A stretch of DNA of 64,000 bases, from positions 1 to 64,000 of the IMG/VR virus record IMGVR_UViG_3300022927_001696; one strand, 5' to 3'. This document shows positions 8,734 to 16,897 of this stretch, piece by piece. This stretch comes from a virus. Below the pieces are notes generated by a model, which was not told where the DNA came from, searched no databases, and saw only the letters and a program-made list of their open reading frames with translations. Position 1 is the stretch's first letter, and each line of letters opens with the position of its first letter. Made by a program: the position numbers and the translations under genes.

Positions 8734-11370
8734 TTAATCGTTAAAGTCTTTGTTTAGTAAATCTGCAAGATGTTTAGTTTGTTTTTTAGATTCACTAAGC
8801 ATAAGTTGTAAAACCGATGTTTGTTGATCGGACAGGTTGTTTACTTTGTCTACTAGTTCTTTTTCCTCAGGTGTATAATTCTTAGGATCTATGCCACTGT
8901 TTTGAATATTAGTTGCAGTATCAATTTCCCTTTGTGTCGCCGTAACAACATCTATTGGAGCAGTATTATTACGTTGTGTTGCATTCAACCTATTAGTTGT
9001 ATTCATCACAGGATTAACCAATCTAACAATAGTTGGGTCTGTAATATGTATTGTCATAGATTTTGCAGTAACATTCATCACTGCTTCTCTTAAGGCAACA
9101 TTGCTGTCTAGTGCTGTATTAGATTCAACCTCTTTTCCTTGAGCTCTTTCTGCAATTTCTTTGGAACTGCTACCTAATAATCCAAAGGTTAAACCATTTA
9201 ATAAACTGGAACCTGCATTTGCCATTTTGCCAGTAAATGAAGCATTCTGATCTGCACCAAAACCTTGAAAGGCATCATACAGTCCCAATGCCGCAGTTAC
9301 AGGTAGTAGGAATTTACCAGCAACTCTAGTAGCACCTTTTAGTACTCCTTTAGTTGTTGTTTTGTTTGCTTTGGGCTTGTTGTTAGGTTTACCATCTTTA
9401 TTTAAAAGTTTATTAGCGGCGGTGCCTGTTGCGGCCGCACCTGCGGCTGATGTTCCTGCCGTCGTTGCAGTTGTTAATGTAGTAGTTAAACCCAATCCAG
9501 CCGCCGCTTTTGTAAATAAAGAGGTCATTCCTGCAATAAGTACACTTGTTACGGCTGTAGCCAAACTTTTTAGTGCAAACAAGGTCAAAAAGCCTCCAAC
9601 TATTGCACCAACTACATCCATATTTGTAATTGCTATTTTAAAGCCTTCCATTATAACAACACCTGCTAATTTTAGTGCCGCTACTAGGCCTTCTGCTATC
9701 ATGTTGACAAAGCCTTGATATATTTGCAAGTTGCCTTGTTTGTCCACAAACCCATTTAAAATATTTTCAAATAATTGTGCACCTTCTTCAAGCAGATATC
9801 CTATGCCGTCTGAAATCTTTGCTATTGCGGCATCCATACCGCCCATTCTTGAAATCACATTATTAAATATTGTGCCAAATCTTCTACCTGCATTTGTAAG
9901 CATTTCTGCAAATTCTTCGTTCTGTATTGCGGAATCAAGTAATTTACTAAATCCATTTAATCCTTGACTTGCACCTATCACCAATGCATTTTGGAAACCT
10001 GACAAGGCTCCTTGTGCTTTACTTACAATGTTTTGGAATGTGATAAGACCGCTTTGTGTATCACTAAATGCAAGTGGCATATCTAATTGCTGTCTTAATT
10101 TGTCAACACTATTACCTGCATTAATAAATCCTTGTACCAAAACTTCTGAAGTTCCGGCAAGCTCGCCACCTAATCCTGAAATAATAGGTATTAGTTGATT
10201 GATTGTTGATGGGTCTACATTAGCAAATGCTTCTGTTATTCTTAATACTGCTTGGTTGGCATTTGACTGGTCTATACGCCCTGATCTTAATCCTTTCGCA
10301 ACATCTTCAACCACTCTAGCAACGCCAGGAGCCAAAGGCACTAACTCATTTACAAAATCATCTATAGCACCAACACCAGTAGCAGATATTGTTAAAAGAC
10401 CATTTGCAACCTGTTGTCCTGCTTCACCTAACGAACCAAACAACCCTGTTGCCAACATTTCTGCACCTGTAATAACACTTTGGCCGTTTTGCAAACTAGC
10501 CGCATAGGCTTTAAAGGCTGTATTTCCGTCTATAACATTCTGAGCATTTTTCTTTAATTCATCACTGTTAATACCTAGTAATGTAGAGAACATTCTGAGA
10601 TTTCGATTTAATGCTAAAGAATCTCTAATTGCTTGTTCATTGTTGATCTGATCTCTTCTCAACATCATTGTTCTGAACATTAAGTCTTCTTGCAAGAATT
10701 CTGTTGCATCTTGAAGAGTTGAACCAAATGCTAATCCGCCGTCTGATAAGTCTAAGAAAGATTTTGTTGCACCAACTACACTACTTTGGCCTAATACCGC
10801 CATAGTCCTTGAATAATTACCCAGTACTTCAACAGCCTGACCTGTTGTCAAGCCCAGTTTGTTCATGGACAGGATATTCTCTTCTGCACTTATACTTGTT
10901 TGTGAGAGAGAATCACCAAAAGCACCACCAACATCGGTTAATGTTTTTAACCCTTCACCTAAATTTGTAAATCCTTTTACTAAGAATGTACTTGCAACTG
11001 CACCTGCTGTTATTAATACTGTTGTTAAAGTAGTTACAGCATTACCAACCTGTCTGAAGTCCCTTTCCATATTATCAAGAACATCAGCACTAACTCTTTC
11101 TCTGAGTGTTTTCTTTTTAGACTGATTTTCTTTAAAGAACTTTTCCATTGTTTTAACTAGGTTATCAGTTTCTTTTTTCTCATTGCCTGATTTTGTTTCT
11201 TTAACTAGTTTTTCTATGGATTCTTTTGTGTCAGAATTAAGTTTAGTTGACTTACTTAAAATATCTTCTATCTTTTTTAATGTTGATTCCAGGGCAAAAT
11301 CAGGCACAGACACATCAACGTTATATGTGTTGCTTTCACTGTCTGTTATCGTACCCTTAAAATTTGCCAT
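8734..11370 (-). CDS. Tail tape measure protein
   Basis: 878 aa, helical and Ala/Gly-rich, with hydrophobic segments and a GKFLLPVTAALGLYDA...NGLTFGL C-terminal motif; next to a gp26-like gene. Confidence 0.7.
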   Translation of the reverse strand: MANFKGTITDSESNTYNVDVSVPDFALESTLKKIEDILSKSTKLNSDTKESIEKLVKETKSGNEKKETDNLVKTMEKFFKENQSKKKTLRERVSADVLDNMERDFRQVGNAVTTLTTVLITAGAVASTFLVKGFTNLGEGLKTLTDVGGAFGDSLSQTSISAEENILSMNKLGLTTGQAVEVLGNYSRTMAVLGQSSVVGATKSFLDLSDGGLAFGSTLQDATEFLQEDLMFRTMMLRRDQINNEQAIRDSLALNRNLRMFSTLLGINSDELKKNAQNVIDGNTAFKAYAASLQNGQSVITGAEMLATGLFGSLGEAGQQVANGLLTISATGVGAIDDFVNELVPLAPGVARVVEDVAKGLRSGRIDQSNANQAVLRITEAFANVDPSTINQLIPIISGLGGELAGTSEVLVQGFINAGNSVDKLRQQLDMPLAFSDTQSGLITFQNIVSKAQGALSGFQNALVIGASQGLNGFSKLLDSAIQNEEFAEMLTNAGRRFGTIFNNVISRMGGMDAAIAKISDGIGYLLEEGAQLFENILNGFVDKQGNLQIYQGFVNMIAEGLVAALKLAGVVIMEGFKIAITNMDVVGAIVGGFLTLFALKSLATAVTSVLIAGMTSLFTKAAAGLGLTTTLTTATTAGTSAAGAAATGTAANKLLNKDGKPNNKPKANKTTTKGVLKGATRVAGKFLLPVTAALGLYDAFQGFGADQNASFTGKMANAGSSLLNGLTFGLLGSSSKEIAERAQGKEVESNTALDSNVALREAVMNVTAKSMTIHITDPTIVRLVNPVMNTTNRLNATQRNNTAPIDVVTATQREIDTATNIQNSGIDPKNYTPEEKELVDKVNNLSDQQTSVLQLMLSESKKQTKHLADLLNKDFND

Positions 11371-11393
11371 TACCGGTTTCTCTATTATATGCG

Positions 11394-11445
11394 TATTTAA
11401 TGAAGATAAATACTACATGATAAATTATCACTATGTATATTTATC
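11394..11445. promoter_or_regulatory. Bidirectional late-promoter region
   Basis: GATAAATA on + at 11405-11412; GATAAATA on - at 11438-11445; TAAATA on - at 11394-11399. Confidence 0.55.
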
Positions 11446-11469
11446 AACTTAATTAACAGGAGTTTTAAT

Positions 11470-12345
11470 ATGGCAGATAATACCAATCCACTAGCAGGAC
11501 ATTTTAGGTCGCCAAAGTTATATACACAATTACCCAGTAAAGGTAAATTTTATACCCCGGATGTAGTAGACATGTCGGAAACTGGAGAATTACCAGTATA
11601 TCCCATGACTGCTAAGGATGAACTAATGCTAAAAAATCCAGATGCATTATTAAACGGTGAAGCAATTGCCACAGTAATTAGCAGTTGTATACCAACAATC
11701 AAATTACCAAGAAAACTTTTAAGTAATGACATAGATGCATTACTAATTGCTATTCAGGGTGCTACTTATGGTGATGATATGGAGGTATCCAGCACTTGTG
11801 ATAAATGTGAAGAAGTTGTCACTGAAAACGTCAGTGTAGAGGGTGCTTTATCCACTATGAGTACATTAGATGATGCATATCAATTTAATACTGATACAGG
11901 TCTACTAGTAGAAATTAGACCTTTTAGTTATGAAACTACAGTAAAGGCCGGAGTAGCAAACTTTAGAAGTGAAAGAAGTTTACAATCAATTGCTACCATA
12001 GATGATGAAGTGGAAAGAATTCGTGCATTTAATAGTAATTTTATAGAACTTTCTCAATTAAATTTTGATATAATGGTGGATAGTGTGGCTTCTATCACAA
12101 TTCCTGCCGTTGATAAAGACAGCGATGACATAATCGTTAATGACTCAAATAATATTCGCGAATTTTTAGAAAACTGTGAAAGTGCTGTTGGAAAACAGAT
12201 AGAAGAATTTATCTCAGAGATTTCTAATATAGGTGTAAACAAAGAAGTACTCATGAGATGTACTGCATGTGGTACTGAAGAAGAACCATATGAGTTCCAA
12301 GCACAGGTAAACTTTAATCCCGTAAATTTTTTCACGGCTTCCTAG
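11470..12345 (+). CDS. gp26: Baseplate hub / tail assembly protein (gp26-like)
   Basis: LPSKGKFY, PMTAKDEL, DIDALLIAIQGATYG and two CxxC pairs (CDKC, CTAC); ends NPVNFFTAS. Confidence 0.75.
   Translation: MADNTNPLAGHFRSPKLYTQLPSKGKFYTPDVVDMSETGELPVYPMTAKDELMLKNPDALLNGEAIATVISSCIPTIKLPRKLLSNDIDALLIAIQGATYGDDMEVSSTCDKCEEVVTENVSVEGALSTMSTLDDAYQFNTDTGLLVEIRPFSYETTVKAGVANFRSERSLQSIATIDDEVERIRAFNSNFIELSQLNFDIMVDSVASITIPAVDKDSDDIIVNDSNNIREFLENCESAVGKQIEEFISEISNIGVNKEVLMRCTACGTEEEPYEFQAQVNFNPVNFFTAS
12324..12333 (+). other. Candidate -1 ribosomal frameshift site A-AAT-TTT-TTC
   Basis: Two overlapping X-XXY-YYZ heptamers in the correct phase; the -1 frame is open from 12318 to 12566. Confidence 0.6.
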
Positions 12346-12368
12346 CTCAATCAGAGCCTGAGGAGGTA

Positions 12369-12566
12369 GTGGCATACCTTAGGAAGCTCAACGAAGAAAC
12401 AGACGCCATAGAGAAAAACATAACTGAACTAGTTGTGTATAGTAATGGATCTGTCACCTGGTCTGAAGCATGGGAAATGTCATCAAAACAAAGAGCTTCA
12501 TTAGTTAAAACTATAAATGATTATAATCAAGCAAAAGCAGGCAAATCTCCAACAGAACAACTTTAA
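12369..12566 (+). CDS. gp51-like assembly protein, possibly made as a frameshift extension of gp26
   Basis: GSVTWSEAWEMS motif; GTG start with AGGAGG only 2 nt upstream; lies in the -1 frame relative to gp26. Confidence 0.6.
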   Translation: MAYLRKLNEETDAIEKNITELVVYSNGSVTWSEAWEMSSKQRASLVKTINDYNQAKAGKSPTEQL

Positions 12567-12582
12567 TCTTTAAACTCTATAT

Positions 12583-12600
12583 AGGTCCTACGGACCTTTT
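12583..12600 (+). terminator. Hairpin AGGTCC-TAC-GGACCT-TTT, possible terminator or boundary between convergent transcripts
   Basis: Perfect 6-bp stem followed by a short T run. Confidence 0.5.
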
Positions 12601-13064
12601 CAAACTACATTCAATCACTTCGTAAACTTCGTTCTTTCATTTGTTTGAAAGAATTTTTTAAGTAGACCGTTATCATGTATGTTGAAGCCATAACTCACCT
12701 ATACAGGTGAGAATGAAGTCATCATGTGATGCCGTCGCCATCTTAACCTCGGGTGCTACTAGGAACCAGTGAGCCTTCTGTCCCCATACACTACCGTCAC
12801 GAATCTCACGGAAATCATATAACCTAGGTAAGTTTAGTTATATAACTTGTAAGTTGCTTTTTCTCAGAGCTTACATCCTTTTATACTGTCTGTCGTGTGT
12901 TTGTACTTTGCCGCTATACATCTCCAGTATCTCGCACCGGGTGTTGCCATTGCCGGATTGTCAAGGAGCCAGATTTAATTTGCCTCTGTTGGGGCCGGTG
13001 TATAGTCCTATGTTTGTGCCTTTGTATGCCTTAGTGAATTGTGTTTTAACTTTCGTTTTAACAC
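12583..13064 (-). ncRNA. Putative ~480-nt structured non-coding RNA of unknown family
   Basis: The longest non-coding gap in the window. About 46% GC by hand count over 12721-13020, versus about 25% in the 17761-17880 spacer. At least seven stems, a GAAA tetraloop on the minus strand, and TATAAGTA at 13068-13075. Confidence 0.55.
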
Positions 13065-13070
13065 ACCTAC

Positions 13071-13499
13071 TTATATGTCTTTGAGCTCTTCCTTGAGGAT
13101 TTTTGAACCGCCCACTCTGACATTGATAATTCCATTATAATAATCGTCTGTGAGTAATACTTTTCTGTCAAATTGTTCCTTTGCTTCTAAATAACTTGCA
13201 ATGCCTCGACTGGAACAAAAGTACAAAATTTCTCGTGTAAATTTATCTTCTCCCAATGATTCAACGTCTTCTTTGAGATGATCGTTACTACCCCAATAAG
13301 TTTGCCAATCGCTTTCTTTGGTGCCACGACGTTTGTTCTTTTTACCTTTTAAGGGAGGTTTGGTTGTTTTGAATTTGGCTAATTTTTTACCAACATACAT
13401 TTTTCCATTTGTGTTATTCGTTATTAGATATACAAATGCCTCACAATCGTCTGGTAATGTTGTTACTGTTTTGTTTTTGTAAAGCCAATTAGCCATCAA
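13071..13499 (-). CDS. GIY-YIG family endonuclease
   Basis: FVYLITNNTNGKMYVGK (GIY...YIG), YWGS, LEAKEQ (Glu), YYNG (Asn); Lys/Arg-rich insert KPPLKGKKNKRRG. Confidence 0.8.
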   Translation of the reverse strand: MMANWLYKNKTVTTLPDDCEAFVYLITNNTNGKMYVGKKLAKFKTTKPPLKGKKNKRRGTKESDWQTYWGSNDHLKEDVESLGEDKFTREILYFCSSRGIASYLEAKEQFDRKVLLTDDYYNGIINVRVGGSKILKEELKDI

Positions 13500-15258
13500 G
13501 ATACTCAGTGTCCGTGTTATATGCTGTAAAGCCGCCTTCTTTAACGACTGTTAAAACATTATTTACACGTCCGACTAGTTCTTCTTTGTGAGAAATGAGC
13601 ATGATGTTTTTGCCTTGTTCCCTGTGCATCTTTTTAAGTATGCCAAGTGCATTTTCTACACCCATAGTATCCATACCTGAATCTATAAGTTCGTCAATAC
13701 ACATTAAATTCATAGGCCTATTTAAACTTTCATACATATCTCTGAATGCCCAACTTAATCCAAGTATAAGTCTATTACGTTCACCTCTGCTCAAATTATC
13801 AAAGTCTAAGTCCCTGCCATATTCTGTAATTTCTACACCTAAATCACTAGCAAATTTAACATCATGTGGAAGTCCTAGTTTATCCAAATAGTGTGCCAAT
13901 CTGTGATTTAAGTATGCTATATTTTGATCTATTATTTTCTTTCTAATAAAACTATCTTTACTTGTTAATAACTTATATAAAAACTCTTGATGTTCCTGTA
14001 AATGAGTAAGTTCATTCATTGTTTCAAAACTTATTTCTTGTATACCAGTTGTTTTTAGTCCTTCTATTTGTTCTATGTACGGATTTACATCTAATGCCAT
14101 TGTTTCTAAATTTGACTGCATCGTGACAAGATTATGTTTATGTTCTAATGCTTCTTCCAATGTATTATAATATACATCCGATGCTTCAGGAATATCACCT
14201 ATTTCATCTATTGCTCCACATGTTTTTAATAGTTGTAATTCTAAATCATCATAGTATTCTTTTTCTGCTGTGATTTTTTCCTGTAATTCTTCGGTATATT
14301 CCTCATGTGTTTCTAAATGTGCTGTATCTTGCCCACATGCAGGACATACACCCTCTTTGGCTCTTGTTAAATTACTTTTAAGTTCTTCCAGTTTATTTTT
14401 ACTGCGATCAGCACTATTAGTCAGTCTTTTCTGATCTGCTTCTAATGTAGTTTTTTGATTAATTTTTTCTTTTATAGTAGATAACAATTTATGATTTTCT
14501 AATTCGGCATCAATATCTATTCGTTCCATGCGAATAATTTTTTCGCCTAACTCTATTAATTTGTCATCCTTATTTTTTTCCCAGGCTCTACTGCGACTTT
14601 CTATCTCATTAATATTTTTTTCAATTCTTTTATTACTTTCTTCCACAGCATTTATTCTGATTTCTTCTTCTTTGATACTTTCACGAGTAACTTTTTGTCT
14701 TTCTTTAAGAACTTCTGCTTTTTTAGAAAGCTCAGTTATACCTAATAACTGTTCAATCATATCACGTTGGTCATTGGCTTTCATACTTAGGAAAGGTTCT
14801 GTGTATGTGTTGAGAGCAATTAAATGCTTAAACATATTATGAGGGAAACCAATTATCTTTTCAATTTCTTTTTGTGTTTCTCTACTATCACCTTGTTGTT
14901 CATTATCTAAAACATCCTCTCCGTCTATAAACAGTTTTAAAATATTAGGTCTTCTTCCTCTTTCTATTCTGTACTTTTTATCTTGAATCTCAAATTCAAC
15001 AGTAGTAATCATTCCTTTACCGTTTGTTTTGTTTATAAGGTTATCACGTCTGATGTTTGTTAATGCTTCCCCATAAAGTGCATAACTTAATGCATTTATT
15101 ATAGTAGTTTTACCAGTACCGTTTCTGCTACCGTCTCCACCCATGTCTAAGTTATGTCCTAATACAAGTGTAAGTTGGCAGTTGTCAAAATTAACTGCCT
15201 GTGTGTTGTTGCCAACACTCATAAAGTTTTTTGCTGAAACGTTTTTAATTTTTAGCAT
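13489..15258 (-). CDS. gp46: Recombination endonuclease ATPase subunit (gp46 / Rad50 / SbcC-like)
   Basis: Walker A NGTGKTT, zinc hook CPAC, signature LSRGE, Walker B CIDE, ISH. Confidence 0.93.
   Translation of the reverse strand: MLKIKNVSAKNFMSVGNNTQAVNFDNCQLTLVLGHNLDMGGDGSRNGTGKTTIINALSYALYGEALTNIRRDNLINKTNGKGMITTVEFEIQDKKYRIERGRRPNILKLFIDGEDVLDNEQQGDSRETQKEIEKIIGFPHNMFKHLIALNTYTEPFLSMKANDQRDMIEQLLGITELSKKAEVLKERQKVTRESIKEEEIRINAVEESNKRIEKNINEIESRSRAWEKNKDDKLIELGEKIIRMERIDIDAELENHKLLSTIKEKINQKTTLEADQKRLTNSADRSKNKLEELKSNLTRAKEGVCPACGQDTAHLETHEEYTEELQEKITAEKEYYDDLELQLLKTCGAIDEIGDIPEASDVYYNTLEEALEHKHNLVTMQSNLETMALDVNPYIEQIEGLKTTGIQEISFETMNELTHLQEHQEFLYKLLTSKDSFIRKKIIDQNIAYLNHRLAHYLDKLGLPHDVKFASDLGVEITEYGRDLDFDNLSRGERNRLILGLSWAFRDMYESLNRPMNLMCIDELIDSGMDTMGVENALGILKKMHREQGKNIMLISHKEELVGRVNNVLTVVKEGGFTAYNTDTEYLDG
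15232..15258 (-). repeat. 27-bp direct repeat, copy 1 (5' end of gp46)
   Basis: 25/27 identical to 15743-15769; both encode MLKIKN(V/I)SA. Confidence 0.85.
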
Positions 15259-15769
15259 GTCTATCCTTTAATAACTCTTGCTTGGCTTCTTCGGCATCGC
15301 CCCATCCTTCAATAGTCACCCACTTGCCATCGTCTAGATCTTTGTAATACTTAAAGAAATGCTCAATTTGATTCTTAAGTGTTGTTTCTACATCATCAAT
15401 GCATCTAATATGTCTGTACGCCTCTGATAAATTATCTGTAGGAACTGCTAATATTTTAGAGTCTTTTCCTGCTTCGTCTGTCATTAATAATACACCAACG
15501 GGCCTAACAGTAATAACACTATGAGGTATTAGTGGATGCGGTGTTATAACTAATACATCAGTAGGGTCACCGTCTTCTGCTAATGTATCTGGTACAAATC
15601 CATAGTTACAAGGATAAAACATAGGAGACGATAAAAATCTATCTACAAACATTGCACCAGACTCTTTATCTATCTCATACTTTACAGGAGATGAATTTGC
15701 TGGTATCTCAATGATAACATTTACTTCATCTGGTAAGTTACCTGCTGATATGTTTTTAATTTTTAGCAT
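15245..15769 (-). CDS. ppa: Family I inorganic pyrophosphatase
   Basis: VIIEIP, KYEIDK, VDR, YPCNYGFVP, DGDPTD, DEAGKDSKILAVP, HFFKYYKDL motifs. Confidence 0.95.
   Translation of the reverse strand: MLKIKNISAGNLPDEVNVIIEIPANSSPVKYEIDKESGAMFVDRFLSSPMFYPCNYGFVPDTLAEDGDPTDVLVITPHPLIPHSVITVRPVGVLLMTDEAGKDSKILAVPTDNLSEAYRHIRCIDDVETTLKNQIEHFFKYYKDLDDGKWVTIEGWGDAEEAKQELLKDRHAKN
15743..15769 (-). repeat. 27-bp direct repeat, copy 2 (5' end of ppa)
   Basis: Perfect 18-nt core ATGCTAAAAATTAAAAAC shared with the gp46 start. Confidence 0.85.
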
Positions 15770-15875
15770 TCTTTGTCTTTTGACCTTTTAAAAATAATTT
15801 GTTTGCTTGACGTTGAAAACTTAGTTCTATTTGTTTGTCAAACCAACGTCTAAACCATTGTCTTAATTTGCCCAT
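15756..15875 (-). CDS. Small basic 39-aa protein
   Basis: MGKLRQWFRRWFDKQIELSFQRQANKLFLKGQKTKNAKN; fills the gp47-ppa gap and overlaps ppa by 14 nt; below the track length cutoff. Confidence 0.55.
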   Translation of the reverse strand: MGKLRQWFRRWFDKQIELSFQRQANKLFLKGQKTKNAKN

Positions 15876-15877
15876 TA

Positions 15878-16894
15878 TTATTGTATCTCGATCTCATTGT
15901 AAATATCAATTAATTTTTGTTTGTCTACCGTGTTGCTTTCTATTGTTTCAAGTTGTTGTAAAACTATTTGATCAACACTTTCAAAACTTATATCACCGCC
16001 CTCAAATTCTTCTTCGTCTTTTACAGGAATAAGTTGTAATTCTCTAACCTTATATTGTTCTGCAAATTTTTCTCTGATAAAATTTGCTTCTTCATATGAA
16101 ATACTAATATCTAATTTTACCCTTGCATAAGTGTATTCATCTAATAAATCTTGGTGGTTGTCCAATAGTTCTTTTAATGTAAATACTCTATACTTAGGAC
16201 AATCTTCCCAATTTACATATTGAGGTTCTTCGCCCCATGTCAAAAACATTGCTCCTCTTTCTTCGTCTCCTACATCTGCATAATTATGTGGGAAAGCATT
16301 TCCTATATAATGTATATTATTTTTATATTGGCGTTTATGGAAATGGCCACTAAACACATATTCAGGACCACTCAGCATTTTGTCGTTTATACCTCCGTGG
16401 TCTGGCATCTCTACCATTGCATTCATTTTAAAGTAAGGTAATTCAAAATGTCCAAACATATATTTGACATCCATCTTTGCTACTTGTTTGTGTTCGTCCC
16501 CTACAAGCCAAGGTATAATAGCAACGTCATCTTGGACAAAATGTTCGTCCACCATTACAAAATTAGACAGGTCTCTGGCGTATTCAATACTGTTTAAATC
16601 ACGTTTTTCTCTGTAATATAAATCATGATTACCTGTTATAAAGTAAACAGTTTCAAATGCTTCATTTATTTTTTTAAGATCTCTGATAGTTGCATTCATT
16701 GTAGCAACATTAACACTTGCTCTGTGATGATGCCAGTCACCAAGGAATATACAAGTTTCTGCATTTCTGGCTTTTGCTTCTGCAATAAACCAGTCAACAT
16801 ATCTCTCACAATCCTGTAAGTGTAAACGACTGTTCTGTTTTAATCCGTAATGTATGTCCGTAAAACAGGCCGCTGTCTTAAACAACTGACTCAT
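15878..16894 (-). CDS. gp47: Recombination endonuclease subunit (gp47 / Mre11 / SbcD-like)
   Basis: DIHYG, GDW, GNHD, GHF, SGHFH metallophosphoesterase motifs. Confidence 0.93.
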   Translation of the reverse strand: MSQLFKTAACFTDIHYGLKQNSRLHLQDCERYVDWFIAEAKARNAETCIFLGDWHHHRASVNVATMNATIRDLKKINEAFETVYFITGNHDLYYREKRDLNSIEYARDLSNFVMVDEHFVQDDVAIIPWLVGDEHKQVAKMDVKYMFGHFELPYFKMNAMVEMPDHGGINDKMLSGPEYVFSGHFHKRQYKNNIHYIGNAFPHNYADVGDEERGAMFLTWGEEPQYVNWEDCPKYRVFTLKELLDNHQDLLDEYTYARVKLDISISYEEANFIREKFAEQYKVRELQLIPVKDEEEFEGGDISFESVDQIVLQQLETIESNTVDKQKLIDIYNEIEIQ

Positions 16895-16897
16895 AAA

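Noticed and set aside
12854-13084. 76-aa plus-strand ORF within the structured gap
   Set aside because: Weak TTG start, atypical composition, overlaps the GIY-YIG stop and explains under half of the gap.
12583-13499. Group I intron or homing element interpretation of the GIY-YIG gene plus structured region
   Set aside because: No interrupted gene flanks it. TATAGTCC near 13001 resembles the S element, but no matching R element (GACTA) precedes it on that strand.
13489-15258. Non-canonical ABC signature LSRGE in gp46
   Set aside because: Phage gp46 proteins commonly deviate from LSGGE, and the other ATPase motifs are intact.
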